Positions 9,948 through 20,170 of a stretch of DNA of 64,000 nucleotides are shown here, piece after piece; within the stretch, counting starts at the first letter, position 1, and the number at the start of each line of letters is the position of its first letter. The notes beneath the pieces were generated by a model that had not been told where the DNA came from, did no database searches, and saw only the letters and a list, made by a program, of their open reading frames with translations. Source of the DNA: a virus; the IMG/VR virus record IMGVR_UViG_3300035698_014711, positions 9,297 to 73,296 of that record. One strand, written 5' to 3'. The position numbers and the translations under genes were made by a program.

Positions 9948-11473
9948 AAGATATCACCAAAGCTCTAAAGGCTAATAATAAGGTTAGTGCTAAGGCTTCA
10001 AAAAAGAATGCTAAAGGTATTGAAAAGCTTACTGATGCTATCGGCCAAATGACTTCTAGACTTGAGATGATTGCAGAAAATCAGACCATCATTGCAACTC
10101 GACAGAACAAATGGTTCAAGCCTCTATCCAAGATCATGAATACTCCTAAGCTTATCAAATCAGCTATAAGTATGATAAAAGATAATCCAATTACAAGACT
10201 TACAAGTGCTATTGTAGAAGCTGTGGTGTTTCCATTCAAGACAGTAACTAAAGTGATGAAAAGTATCTTCGGTATGTTTAAGAAAACTTTTTCAATCTTT
10301 ACTGCTCCATTCAAATGGCTATTTGGGAGAAATAAAGAGGGTAAAGAAAATAAGCTCGCTGCTGATATCCAGAATAAGATTCTCGCAGAAGTTAAAAAGC
10401 TAAATGCTCTAATGAGTAAAGCTTTTAGTGAGGATACTAAAGAACAGAAGAAAAAGAAACGAAATAAGAAGCAAGATGATCTTGAGGCAACTGAAACTGA
10501 AAGAGAAAATAAGAGAAAGCCAAGAGTAACTAATAACCCAAGTCTTCCTATCTTACCTATTGTTCCTGCAACAAATGGGGACGGCGAGACTAATACAATT
10601 AATAGTGCTATATCAGGTGCTGTTGCTGGATCTGTTGTTGGAATTGCTGGTCAAATAGCAAAGAAACTAGGTAAAGGTTTAGCTGGTCTTATTGGTTCAG
10701 CAGGCCTCGGCCTCGGGAGTCTTATTGGTTCAGCAGGCCGAGGCCTCGGGAGTCTTATTGGTTCAGCAGGCCGAGGCCTCGGGAGTCTTATCTCTACAGC
10801 ACCTGCTGCAGCACGTGCTGGGTTTGGAAATACTATTAAGACCGCGGCAAGATCACTATCTCCTGGTGGTATTTTAGCCAAACTACTCGGTAAACTTGCT
10901 CTTCCTTTAGCATTAATAGTACCTGATGACCTTGGTGATGGTTCTCTCCAAGAAGGAAATATGACTCCTCGCCAGTTATCAGATCTTGAAGAACAAAGAA
11001 GATTTAGTGGTGCAGAGGCCGCTGCCGAACGTGCCAGGTCTCTGGCCGCTCGTGAAACTGCTTATGATGATTTTGGTTCTGTGATGGATAAATTCAATAG
11101 AAATGGTGCTCAGTTTGATGAAAGACCACCTGTGATTATACCGCAGGAGCCTGCAGCCCGCGAAGCACAAAGAATGCTCCAGAGAAAATCAGCTGTACGT
11201 AGAAGAAGTATAGCTGACCCTCAGCACAATATACCTTCAGCTATGCTTGCTCCTTCATCATTTACTGGAAGAAATTCTATCAGAATGACTTCAGCCTTAG
11301 AAGATCTCAATAAGACAATGGCAGACCTTAAGGCTTATCTAGCAAATCCGTCTGTGAATGTTGTTGATACGAGTAGCTCACAGGTTGTAAATAACAGCGG
11401 TTCAACTGTGAATGTAGGAAAAAGTACCACATCTGGTGACCCATTCAACGGTGGAATTGGTCTTAGGCAGTGA
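9935..11473 (+). CDS. Tape-measure/hub-like protein
   Basis: Helical, Ala/Gly-rich with 11-aa repeats; C-terminal VNVVDTSSSQVVNN; position after gp26/gp51. Confidence 0.6.
   Translation: MAAIKDITKALKANNKVSAKASKKNAKGIEKLTDAIGQMTSRLEMIAENQTIIATRQNKWFKPLSKIMNTPKLIKSAISMIKDNPITRLTSAIVEAVVFPFKTVTKVMKSIFGMFKKTFSIFTAPFKWLFGRNKEGKENKLAADIQNKILAEVKKLNALMSKAFSEDTKEQKKKKRNKKQDDLEATETERENKRKPRVTNNPSLPILPIVPATNGDGETNTINSAISGAVAGSVVGIAGQIAKKLGKGLAGLIGSAGLGLGSLIGSAGRGLGSLIGSAGRGLGSLISTAPAAARAGFGNTIKTAARSLSPGGILAKLLGKLALPLALIVPDDLGDGSLQEGNMTPRQLSDLEEQRRFSGAEAAAERARSLAARETAYDDFGSVMDKFNRNGAQFDERPPVIIPQEPAAREAQRMLQRKSAVRRRSIADPQHNIPSAMLAPSSFTGRNSIRMTSALEDLNKTMADLKAYLANPSVNVVDTSSSQVVNNSGSTVNVGKSTTSGDPFNGGIGLRQ
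10687..10790 (+). repeat. 33-bp tandem repeat (about 3.2 copies) in the tape-measure-like gene
   Basis: GTCTTATTGGTTCAGCAGGCCGAGGCCTCGGGA unit, encoding LIGSAGRGLGS. Confidence 0.9.
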
Positions 11474-11524
11474 GTAGCTGTGTTCTAAGCAGCCTTCTTA
11501 TATAGATCCATAACCATACATACT

Positions 11525-11559
11525 AAAAAAGGAGCCCGCTAAGGCTCCCTTTTCTTTTT
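11525..11559. terminator. Bidirectional intrinsic terminator
   Basis: AAAAAA-GGAGCC-cgctaa-GGCTCC-CTTTTCTTTTT between convergent genes. Confidence 0.85.
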
Positions 11560-11573
11560 AGTGAGATGATAAT

Positions 11574-12488
11574 TTAGTCTTCGTCAGCAAGACTCGAGAA
11601 GAATGATACTGTATCAGCATCCTCTTCATCAATGATAGAATCAATGATTGTTTCATCAGCCTCGCCTTCATCGTAGGAAGACTTTTCTTCCTTACCTAAG
11701 GATTTCACATTTGCCATAGTTGGGGAGCCACCGCCAACCATTTCATCGCCTAGAACAAAGACGAGACGTGCCTTAAGCTCATTATAGGATTTGAATTTGG
11801 ATTCGTCAGTAAAGTCCTTCAACGAGTGGAGTTTACCATAGGCTTCTTCTGCCTGGGCTTCATTGACTTCTGATGGTTTGTCAAATTCAGCCTTATCATA
11901 GTTTGGCCATCCAGCAACCTTCTGCTGGCGAAGCTTAAAGTTAGCTCCTGTCCAAAGATCAAAGACATCAACTGCCAAAACTTCTTCAAGTTCATCTGCA
12001 GCTGGGTTCATTGTGTCCATGATCTTTTCAAAGATCTTTGCACCAAAGCGGTAAAGGAAAACCTTGCCGTTATTCTCTGGTTTTGCAGGATCATTAATCA
12101 CAAGAATGTTAGTTACATAATTAGTCTTACGCTTGTGATTTCTCGCCAACTCCTTGTCAGCATCATTACCGGCATTCCAAAGACGGGAGTTGAGTTCACC
12201 AACTGGATCTTCTTTGCCGATAGTTGTGAGGGAGTTTTCATAATACGTACGATTAGCTCTTTCGCCGTATCCTTTAAAGTAGTGATTCCAGTATTTTGCC
12301 CAAGGTAAATCTTCGCCTTCTGGAGCAGGCATGAAACGAATAACTGCGGCACCAATACCTTCGCCGTTTACAGTTAGTTTCCAATAGCGGTCATCGCCAC
12401 CTTTACCACCACTTACAGCCGCTTCTGCGGCCTTTTGGAGATGGGAGAGGTTATTAGAACGGTTCTTTTTTAGAGAAGCAAATGACAT
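11574..12488 (-). CDS. gp32: Single-stranded DNA-binding protein gp32
   Basis: MSFASLKK..DDRYWK..AVIRFMPA..NSLTT..GANFKL..NYDKAEF; acidic tail. Confidence 0.95.
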   Translation of the reverse strand: MSFASLKKNRSNNLSHLQKAAEAAVSGGKGGDDRYWKLTVNGEGIGAAVIRFMPAPEGEDLPWAKYWNHYFKGYGERANRTYYENSLTTIGKEDPVGELNSRLWNAGNDADKELARNHKRKTNYVTNILVINDPAKPENNGKVFLYRFGAKIFEKIMDTMNPAADELEEVLAVDVFDLWTGANFKLRQQKVAGWPNYDKAEFDKPSEVNEAQAEEAYGKLHSLKDFTDESKFKSYNELKARLVFVLGDEMVGGGSPTMANVKSLGKEEKSSYDEGEADETIIDSIIDEEDADTVSFFSSLADED

Positions 12489-12572
12489 TTAGTAATCCTT
12501 TTAGTACGATTTTGTTCGATTGATTTTTGATTAGTTGGATCATAATATGTATTTCACTTACTATTTATACAG

Positions 12573-12800
12573 TTAAACAGGTAACTGGTTCTCTTTTGGC
12601 AAATAGTTCAAATCTTTTGCCTCGCATTCAATCCTTTCTTTTACTTTGTTTGATAGGAATTTTCGTGAGTTCTCCAATTCAATTTCATGATGCTTACATA
12701 AATCAATTACAGCATCCATGAAGGTTGAACGAGTTTTGAGAACCCTTGCTAATACGAGATCAGAAAAGGCTCTCTTTGTCATAAATTTATCTTCAATCAT
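12573..12800 (-). CDS. gp33: Late transcription coactivator gp33
   Basis: FMDAVIDLC..KERIECEAKDLNYLPK..LPV. Confidence 0.85.
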   Translation of the reverse strand: MIEDKFMTKRAFSDLVLARVLKTRSTFMDAVIDLCKHHEIELENSRKFLSNKVKERIECEAKDLNYLPKENQLPV

Positions 12801-13936
12801 TTAAGCGATACTTTCAAAATTATAGTCTGATCGTTGGTTCTCCCGTTAGGAACCTGAGGCTTTGTAGTCAATCCTGCAATTTCTTTCATGACACGAGGAT
12901 ATGCATTCTTCAATATGACTGATAAGAATTCTTCAGGCTTTCGAAGTCTGATGCTCATTGATTCTTCGGCATTCACCCCTTGAATTGTTGTTCCTCGAAT
13001 CTCAAATTTATCGTCCGTTGATAGAATAGTAAGCATTCTGTTCTTCGTATTGAAAAGATAAACTCTCTTGTTCTGCAGAATGTGAGAAGGATCAATGGAA
13101 GTGACCTTAAACTCTACTGAAGACTTGAGATATTTGAGAGTCTTTGTTTGCTGAGTAACAGATTTGACTTTAACCATACGAGGCTTTCGGACAGCCTGTT
13201 TTGACAACACAAACTTTTCAGCATCAGATACAAGAGCAGCAAAGTATTCAGCCCGACGCTTCCGATGAATAGGTTTAGTCATATCAGTAAACCCACCTTG
13301 AATTTCCTTATCATCAGTACTGACAAGGTAAGCATATTCTGCAGCAATTGGTTTATAATAGTTTAAGACAGCATTAGCCATTTGCTGTGAAGCATCGTGC
13401 TTAAGAAGCTCATCAAATAGAGAGAACTCCATGGCTGATTTATGTTCTGGAAGTGACCCTGGGTTGTGACCATCAATTCGAGTCTCTAACTCAGAGATAA
13501 ACTTGTCAGTCTTACGCTTGATGATCTCAGCTGGAGAAGGTCCGGATCGCAGAACTTCTTTCTTGCCTTCCTTAAGAGTCTTCTCGCCGATCTGGTTGAG
13601 TTCAAAGAAGCCCTTCTTCAAGGCTTTATTAAAGTCCCAACTGGATGGGAAGGCTCTACCTTCTTCTTTCCAATGGATTGTAGCAGCAAGACCTGAACGA
13701 AAAGCAATGAAGGGATCAGGAGCTGAACAGATGTTCTTTTTGCTGGTGCCCTTGAAATTGCTTCGAGTATAGCTTTTGATCTTGTCAATGATTTCCTTTG
13801 CAGCCAACTCATTTCTAACATAGAACAAGAAGTTGCCCCAGTTATCAGAAGGTGCTGCATCAAATCCACCCCGGAGTTTCCGAGAGAAGACTTTCTTTGC
13901 TTTGATTTTTTTCTTTGAAATGCTTCTTACAGACAT
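12797..13936 (-). CDS. Conserved T4-like hypothetical protein
   Basis: C-terminal LRKPEEFL..PNGRTN..IILKV, typical next to gp33. Confidence 0.6.
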   Translation of the reverse strand: MSVRSISKKKIKAKKVFSRKLRGGFDAAPSDNWGNFLFYVRNELAAKEIIDKIKSYTRSNFKGTSKKNICSAPDPFIAFRSGLAATIHWKEEGRAFPSSWDFNKALKKGFFELNQIGEKTLKEGKKEVLRSGPSPAEIIKRKTDKFISELETRIDGHNPGSLPEHKSAMEFSLFDELLKHDASQQMANAVLNYYKPIAAEYAYLVSTDDKEIQGGFTDMTKPIHRKRRAEYFAALVSDAEKFVLSKQAVRKPRMVKVKSVTQQTKTLKYLKSSVEFKVTSIDPSHILQNKRVYLFNTKNRMLTILSTDDKFEIRGTTIQGVNAEESMSIRLRKPEEFLSVILKNAYPRVMKEIAGLTTKPQVPNGRTNDQTIILKVSLK

Positions 13937-13956
13937 AGAAATCTCCTTAAAGATCA

Positions 13957-13987
13957 ATTATAACATAAACTGATACCGAGGTAAACA
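13957..13987 (-). promoter_or_regulatory. Early promoter (GTTTAC..TATGTTATAAT)
   Basis: One of about 17 copies of this sigma70-like motif in the window. Confidence 0.75.
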
Positions 13988-14052
13988 ACTATTTATACAT
14001 CATTTAATTGGAATAAAATCTACATCTGAGAATATGTCTTTATCGTTGTTCA

Positions 14053-14607
14053 TTATTTGTTTCTCTCCCAACGTAGAAAGGAATAAGCACTGATAAGCTT
14101 ACCGATATTGATATTGTACTTGACTGCTAGCTTTGCAACCCGCGCTGGTGACATACCGGTTTTATCTGCACCAATATTGCATACCATATCAGCCATCTTT
14201 ACCTCAACAGTAGTTACATCACCTGTTGCAATAATGGCTTCAATGAACTCGTCATAGCTCATGCCTTCATACTGAGGAGAGTTTTTCGAGACATTTGCTA
14301 CTGCTGTTGCTACCTTTTCACCAAAGAGATGAGAAATAAACTTTCGGTCATATGAGGTATCCTCAATGATATCATGACAAAGAGCTGCAATATATGAATC
14401 AGCATAGCTTTCCAAAGTATTGTGATCAGCTCGATTGATATGTGAAGCAACCGCTAAGGGATGAGTCCAGTAAGGTTGGTTGCCATACATCTGAGACCCG
14501 TGAGCATTCATCATCCATTTGACAGCTTCTTTCATCCGACGATTCTGATGGTAGGTCTGCAGTGCTTTAAACTGAATATCTTTCATCATTTTGCTACCTA
14601 TTATCAA
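14053..14607 (-). CDS. HD-domain hydrolase (RelA/SpoT hydrolase or Mesh1-like)
   Basis: AHGSQMYG..PYWTHP..AALCHDIIEDT..VKMAD. Confidence 0.8.
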   Translation of the reverse strand: MIIGSKMMKDIQFKALQTYHQNRRMKEAVKWMMNAHGSQMYGNQPYWTHPLAVASHINRADHNTLESYADSYIAALCHDIIEDTSYDRKFISHLFGEKVATAVANVSKNSPQYEGMSYDEFIEAIIATGDVTTVEVKMADMVCNIGADKTGMSPARVAKLAVKYNINIGKLISAYSFLRWERNK

Positions 14608-15328
14608 TTAAAATTACTCGATCAGATTTGGCAGCATAGTGCCGAATACAATCATACATATTGTCAATGTGTTCTTCGCCGCAGGTTCCGAGAGGATCAG
14701 TGATTACAGGCTGATCTCCGCGCCACATGATGTTACTTTCATGGATATCAAACATCATAGGAAGGTTGAATTTTTGGAATGTCTCAGAAAGAAAATCGAA
14801 TACTAACTGAGCATAGACTTTATCTTGAACTTCTTCGTAAGCATCAAAAGCCCTGCACTCAGAAAACACTTGAACTCGATGAAAAGTCTGACCGTAGAAT
14901 TCAGTAAGGTCTTCCACTTTCTGACTATCAGTATTCATATTGATAAGACCGCCATGGTCGCTCTCAGTCTGCCTGTGAATATTATTTTTCAATGGTGACA
15001 ATTCTTCAATCACGGTCCAAGCTTCCTTGGTCTCAAGATTGATATACATAGCATCAAAATTTGGCATCCAGGCCTGGATATCTTTCTCATCAGCAGAGAT
15101 AACTGCAAGAGCATAGAGAATCCACATATCATTGATATGTTCTTTCCGGTTTGTGCAGAACTTCTTGATGACTTTTTTCTCAACATTCGACTTATAAACG
15201 TGAGAATGGACCCCACCGCCAATTATTTTGATATAGTCTTCTGAGGCTTTTTGGTCGGGATTCTCAATAAGACAGACTGGGTTGGTTGAAAGCTTTGAGA
15301 GTAGATCTTGCATGGTCACATTCTCCAT
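14594..15328 (-). CDS. Ser/Thr protein kinase-like
   Basis: IGGGVHSHVY..VIKK..DIHESNIMWRG..VITDP. Confidence 0.7.
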   Translation of the reverse strand: MENVTMQDLLSKLSTNPVCLIENPDQKASEDYIKIIGGGVHSHVYKSNVEKKVIKKFCTNRKEHINDMWILYALAVISADEKDIQAWMPNFDAMYINLETKEAWTVIEELSPLKNNIHRQTESDHGGLINMNTDSQKVEDLTEFYGQTFHRVQVFSECRAFDAYEEVQDKVYAQLVFDFLSETFQKFNLPMMFDIHESNIMWRGDQPVITDPLGTCGEEHIDNMYDCIRHYAAKSDRVILIDNR

Positions 15329-15361
15329 AATGTATATGAAGACTATAACACATGCAAGGTC

Positions 15362-16009
15362 TTATGTAAATGGCTTTATTTCACCAAATTCAAATGTTTT
15401 CTCATCAAATTCGATGGTGCTAAGCTCGTTGAGACAGATGAAACGAGTCCCGTTGATGACCTTATCAACATCATGATGCCAGTGCCCAAAGACCCAAGTA
15501 CCGGGTCTATGAAGTTCAAACATTGATTGAAATGCCTTTCTTGTCCGAGAGTCAAAATCTCTTCTATAGAAAGGAAAGAGAGCAACTGCCACTTCTTCAG
15601 GACATTCATGAGTAACCATCACTCGTGGCTTTGCTTCCTCATAGATATCATTTAGATTGAAGAGTTCATCATAGGAAAGCTCTTCATCTTCCCACCAGTT
15701 CCAGCCTTGCAACCGAGCATAAGCATCAATAGAAAGTGCTCCGCCAATATACATCACATTATTTTCAATTGTGCCGTCAGAAATCCAAGACTTCATTGCT
15801 TTGCAAGCTTCGGGATTATCATGATTTCCGCGAATGAATCTACCTCCTGAGGCTATGCATGCTTCATCAAGACCTTCAGTAACGTTCTTATGCCAGTCAC
15901 CAAACCCTACACCAAAATCTCCTATTTGTACAGTCTTATTAGAATTCAATGACCTGATGAGATCAATGTAGTTCCTATGCTTTCCGTGGACATCACCAAT
16001 AAAGTGCAT
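15362..16009 (-). CDS. Calcineurin-like metallophosphoesterase
   Basis: GDVHG, GDFG, GNHD, THECP, GHWH. Confidence 0.9.
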   Translation of the reverse strand: MHFIGDVHGKHRNYIDLIRSLNSNKTVQIGDFGVGFGDWHKNVTEGLDEACIASGGRFIRGNHDNPEACKAMKSWISDGTIENNVMYIGGALSIDAYARLQGWNWWEDEELSYDELFNLNDIYEEAKPRVMVTHECPEEVAVALFPFYRRDFDSRTRKAFQSMFELHRPGTWVFGHWHHDVDKVINGTRFICLNELSTIEFDEKTFEFGEIKPFT

Positions 16010-16026
16010 TATTTAAACTCCAGTTT

Positions 16027-16428
16027 CTAAGGGAAGAGAATGAAATTAGTTCTCAACATCTTTTTAATATTAGGTCTAACCACAGTATCATACTCGATAG
16101 TCGGAATAAAAACATAACCGCAAGTTAACATAGGGGTGACATAAGGTTTACCAAAGATAGGTTTAATTGGATAGGACTTATCAACCACAATGCCTCCATA
16201 ATCAGCACCATAAGCACCAACTGTTACAGAATAAACTTCTTCAATGGCTTTTTCTGTACCGAGCAAAGTAATAGTTGTGCCGAAGCCCGGGCCTTCTGCA
16301 AGCCAAGTATTGTAATCATCAAAATCTACAAGTTTTTCAGCGGCCATGGACTGAGCGTGCGCGCCCTGGGCAATAGCCTTGCCTGCATTTAAATCAGGAA
16401 TATCTTCACGCATTAGAATATATAGCAT
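16027..16428 (-). CDS. Peptidyl-tRNA hydrolase (PTH2-like)
   Basis: LYILMREDI..NAGKAIAQGAHA. Confidence 0.75.
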   Translation of the reverse strand: MLYILMREDIPDLNAGKAIAQGAHAQSMAAEKLVDFDDYNTWLAEGPGFGTTITLLGTEKAIEEVYSVTVGAYGADYGGIVVDKSYPIKPIFGKPYVTPMLTCGYVFIPTIEYDTVVRPNIKKMLRTNFILFP

Positions 16429-16527
16429 TTAATCATTTTAACTCCATGATATGTTTCGTAATGATACACTAACACAACTAGAGGTTGCTGTAAACCCTAG
16501 TCTGTTATAAACCAAATTTATGTTAGA

Positions 16528-16698
16528 TCATTCATTATCTAGCTCCTCCAGAGCAGCTCTAACTGCTTTGATAACTGGATCAATATAGCTATCAAAAACT
16601 GGAATCCAATCAGGATGAACAAGACCGTTTGCAATCTTTGGTTGTAGGTTTGTAAGATTCCTATCTGCCAGCATTAATGCTTCATATGTTGTTTTCAT
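16528..16698 (-). CDS. Small hypothetical protein (56 aa, not in track)
   Basis: MKTTYEALMLADRNL..; own RBS. Confidence 0.5.
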   Translation of the reverse strand: MKTTYEALMLADRNLTNLQPKIANGLVHPDWIPVFDSYIDPVIKAVRAALEELDNE

Positions 16699-16792
16699 TG
16701 TCTACTCTTTCTAGACTAATTAATATGCTGTTACGGCTTAATGATGACATAACACCTAAAGCTCTATCACGGTCTGCGGCCAGTACTTCATT

Positions 16793-17353
16793 TTACCCTC
16801 TTTGATGAAAACCTCGGCCGACGCCATCAGCACCAAAGCTAGCAGCAAAAGCATCAGGCTTGAGCTTAATCTTCTCTTTAGATAGACCTGTCATACCTAG
16901 AACATAACCTGCAGCTTCAACTGCAGCACAAGAAGAACCGTGTTTAGGGTCGGTTGCAATATCAAGGTGAACTTCCACATCAAACTCACGAATCACAAGA
17001 TTGCCTTTTTTATCTTCAACAATCTCTGCCAGTTCTTCAATGAATGGAATAAGCTGGTTGTATGCAGCACACACTTTCATGCTTTCATTCATCATTCGAG
17101 TCTTTGGACGATTCTTTTTCACATCGTAATCTGGTTCTACAGATGTATGGCTAAATAGCTTACAGCCATTCTTACCATTTCTGTGGATGATTACAACAGT
17201 AGCATACCGAGCGAACCAACGATTGTCTTTTCTGAATTTTACAGAATCACAACCGAAATAGATCTTAGTATCAGACCCAAGATCTTGTAGCATACTTACA
17301 ATTTCACTAATTTGTTCTTTACTAAACACTTCTTCATTTCCTTCTTGTTTCAT
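16793..17353 (-). CDS. RNase H-like protein (YkuK family)
   Basis: IYFGCDS..YATVVIIH..RMMNE..EVHLDI..KPDAFAASFGAD. Confidence 0.75.
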   Translation of the reverse strand: MKQEGNEEVFSKEQISEIVSMLQDLGSDTKIYFGCDSVKFRKDNRWFARYATVVIIHRNGKNGCKLFSHTSVEPDYDVKKNRPKTRMMNESMKVCAAYNQLIPFIEELAEIVEDKKGNLVIREFDVEVHLDIATDPKHGSSCAAVEAAGYVLGMTGLSKEKIKLKPDAFAASFGADGVGRGFHQRG

Positions 17354-17405
17354 TGTATTCTAGGTTTGTTTATATGACAAGTCATTTCTCCTTTAAAGAT
17401 ATACT

Positions 17406-17480
17406 TGGTAGAAGATAGAGGTTACGCTCCCCTGCCCGAAACGTTATGAGCGTTTTGTGCTACTATTACACCAATCTTCC
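17406..17480 (-). tRNA. tRNA-Met/Ile2 (CAT), atypical T loop
   Basis: GGAAGAT/ATCTTCT acceptor, CTCATAA loop, CCA; late promoter at 17488-17495. Confidence 0.75.
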
Positions 17481-17490
17481 GTTATGGTAT

Positions 17491-17757
17491 TTATACAGCT
17501 TTCAATTTTTTCCAGTCAGCAACAGCAACAGTTTCAGTAATAGACTGTGAGTTAAAATCAAAGTCAAAAGTGTGAACTTCTGAATTGACTCCCTCATAGA
17601 ATCTATCTCTATTGTTTGTGATATGGCAAGTTACAGCACTTCTACTATCCCAAAAATGAGGATGATCTCTCCATTTCAAAGAATGAAGGCCGTTCTGAGC
17701 ACCAGAGCTAAATTTACCTGTGTCTTTATCTCGGATTACAAAGAGCTTCATGCCCAA
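17491..17757 (-). CDS. Hypothetical protein
   Basis: Coupled ORF in early operon. Confidence 0.55.
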   Translation of the reverse strand: MGMKLFVIRDKDTGKFSSGAQNGLHSLKWRDHPHFWDSRSAVTCHITNNRDRFYEGVNSEVHTFDFDFNSQSITETVAVADWKKLKAV

Positions 17758-18254
17758 TTTCCTATAATTGATTTGGCGTGCAGCATATGTTTATACAGCA
17801 GGCCGTCAGTTCCACTTGTTTGAACGAGTCTTTTAACTCCAAGAATCTCATCAAATCCGAAGTCAATATCATCAAAGATAATAAAGTCTCCGTAAGGATG
17901 CTCTGCCAAGTAATCCTTGATCTCATGAGCCCTTCCATTATACAGCCCTTGATACATTGGAGTTGCAATGTCTTCGGCAAATTTTCCTGTGAATCCTGCG
18001 TTTCGGAATGCTGCCTCAATCCACATCTTTTCCATTTCTCCAATGATCATATAATCCTTCCAAGTAGAAGAGATCACAAACTCCACCGGAGAACGGTAAA
18101 AGTTAATAGCAGTTTTAGACATCTCAGGAATAGTATTGAGAAACTTAATAGCTATTGGATCAAAGGTAGTCATAGAATCAAGGTGGCTAGGTTCTCCCAT
18201 CCATACTCTATTAGAAGTAAAAACTCCATCAATATCTAAAAATACATAATTCAT
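17748..18254 (-). CDS. HAD-family phosphatase (RNA-repair-associated type)
   Basis: FLDIDGV..VISSTW..RAHEI..IIFDD. Confidence 0.8.
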   Translation of the reverse strand: MNYVFLDIDGVFTSNRVWMGEPSHLDSMTTFDPIAIKFLNTIPEMSKTAINFYRSPVEFVISSTWKDYMIIGEMEKMWIEAAFRNAGFTGKFAEDIATPMYQGLYNGRAHEIKDYLAEHPYGDFIIFDDIDFGFDEILGVKRLVQTSGTDGLLYKHMLHAKSIIGNWA

Positions 18255-19177
18255 TTGTAATAGCTTCCGTCCTTAAAGAATGATTCATCAAAATCAGAAT
18301 TAGTTACTTCCATATGTTCACTTGCCAGATATGCAGTACCAGACATTGGCCCTTTGTGCTCAGGATCATAAGATCTGTCAACAATAACTTTATCATACTG
18401 ACCCTTATATTTACCGTGGACAACAGAGCATGCTTTCTTACCTTTCAGCTCTTCACAGCCATTAATTTTACCTTCATAGAGGCTGCCATAGACATGCTTT
18501 GCTACTCGAGTGCTAATAAGAACTATTGGCTGATCTGGATGTGTAACATATGTATACCGCATCTGTCTTTCTCTATAGACATAAGTTACCATTCGGTCGG
18601 AAAATGGGTTGACATAAAGTTCTGCAGTATGTTCTGGGTGATATACTCTGACAAACCTCTTGCCGAGATATACATATTTGCCAAGGGTATTCTCAATGAT
18701 ATCTCCTGGCGAATGACTCAGTCTACTCTTTGCTGGGTCTTTACCTGTTGCAGGAATATCCACCAGTCCAGTTAAACGAGGGCTGGTCTCAGAAACAAGC
18801 CAATTGTTAGCTCCATCACGAAGCCAGACCAGATGATCCAAAATTGTCCCACAAGAAATAGTAGTTTCTTTGATGAGTTCTACAACATTTGCAATTGATA
18901 CTTCAACCTGTAGACCAGTTGGGTCTAAGAGAACCACAAACTTATTGTCTGTTCTGTAACGGTCAGCAAAGGTGTCAAAGATATAATTATTCTTGGAAGT
19001 ATTGTCAACAATCTTGCCTGGCTTGTCAAGAGGTTGTACTTGGCCATATGCATAGCCCCGAGCCCAACGTTCAGCAGTCTCAATCCGCTTTTTACCTGCT
19101 GACGTAGTATCATAAGGCACTACAAAAGCTTTGCCTGCTCTATTGGCAATCACAAATAGTTTTTCATACTTAATCAT
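18251..19177 (-). CDS. Hypothetical protein
   Basis: 308-aa coupled ORF. Confidence 0.6.
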   Translation of the reverse strand: MIKYEKLFVIANRAGKAFVVPYDTTSAGKKRIETAERWARGYAYGQVQPLDKPGKIVDNTSKNNYIFDTFADRYRTDNKFVVLLDPTGLQVEVSIANVVELIKETTISCGTILDHLVWLRDGANNWLVSETSPRLTGLVDIPATGKDPAKSRLSHSPGDIIENTLGKYVYLGKRFVRVYHPEHTAELYVNPFSDRMVTYVYRERQMRYTYVTHPDQPIVLISTRVAKHVYGSLYEGKINGCEELKGKKACSVVHGKYKGQYDKVIVDRSYDPEHKGPMSGTAYLASEHMEVTNSDFDESFFKDGSYYK

Positions 19178-19545
19178 TATAAATCCTTTTCAATCATCAT
19201 AGGTTCAAAGCCTGCGGCGCGGGCTTGCTTTACCATATTAGCAGTACCAGAACCGCCTGGAAAGGCAATCACAATATCAATGGGATAGTCGTCGAGCATT
19301 TTCTTATTACGCACAGGCCCAGCACTTTTCTTGTATTTATCCCAGTCAGCAGGCTCAGGTTTTACCTCGAACCCATATTGTTTAGCTACAAATCCAGCCA
19401 CAGTATCGAGACCTGCCGCGTCACCATGGACTAAGACAATCTTTAGATTTGGGTCCTTGGGAATAAACTGTCCTAGAACCTTCTCTACTTTATCAAAGTC
19501 AAAATAGTCTCTACCGCCTGTGACCAGAATTGTATATTCTTTCAT
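19177..19545 (-). CDS. SLOG/YspA-like (DUF2493) protein
   Basis: LVTGGRDY..VHGDAAG..AGPVRN..AFPGGSGTANM. Confidence 0.85.
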   Translation of the reverse strand: MKEYTILVTGGRDYFDFDKVEKVLGQFIPKDPNLKIVLVHGDAAGLDTVAGFVAKQYGFEVKPEPADWDKYKKSAGPVRNKKMLDDYPIDIVIAFPGGSGTANMVKQARAAGFEPMMIEKDL

Positions 19546-20138
19546 TAGATCAGGCCAAGCTGAACATTCAGAATTGCAATCTGTACTACCGGAAGCTTTA
19601 CTTCTGCCTTTTGAATTGGGTAAAATTTCATCACCTCTGGCCAGCCTTCTTCAAGCTGCTTGCTTGTATTGAATTTTTCCAAAGCATTCATAACCAAAGC
19701 AAAATCAGTATCGCAATCATCTCGGAATGTAATCAATTCTTCATTTAACTCAGTCACAGCAAGTCCGATCTTGCTTAGTGATGCAAACTTATCATTCAAA
19801 ATGGTAAACGGCATCGGCAGGAAAATACCCCGGTCAGATGACCACGGTCGGTCACCCCAAACATTTGCCGAACGGAGCCTGTAAGAGTCTCCGGAGAAAG
19901 ATAGACTGTGGTGTTCCCCTCCAACATAAACACTGATAGAAGGAGACTTTCTAAACCAATGCTTTGGTGCCGATAGAAAACTCAGACGTTCGGAAGCCGA
20001 AAACACAGTTTCATATGCTTGATTTGCAATTAGCTTGGATTTAGCATAGAGAGCTACACGTTTCCAGCTGTACTTGTTCTTAACCAACGTTTGAGCAATT
20101 TGCTTTTTAGTATGATTAGTCAGACGTTCAGATTTCAT
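19545..20138 (-). CDS. Nmad5-like nucleotide-modification-associated protein
   Basis: RLTNHTKKQI..TSKQLEEGWPE..LPVV..LNVQLGL. Confidence 0.65.
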   Translation of the reverse strand: MKSERLTNHTKKQIAQTLVKNKYSWKRVALYAKSKLIANQAYETVFSASERLSFLSAPKHWFRKSPSISVYVGGEHHSLSFSGDSYRLRSANVWGDRPWSSDRGIFLPMPFTILNDKFASLSKIGLAVTELNEELITFRDDCDTDFALVMNALEKFNTSKQLEEGWPEVMKFYPIQKAEVKLPVVQIAILNVQLGLI

Positions 20139-20170
20139 TTCAAAGCTCCGCTTCTATTTTGTCACATAGG

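Noticed and set aside
10651-10881. Pro/Arg repeat protein on the minus strand
   Set aside because: Antisense reading of the 33-bp repeat.
16720-16790. Possible riboswitch in an intergenic gap
   Set aside because: Only one modest stem (TGTTATG/CGTAACA) and no recognisable aptamer motif.
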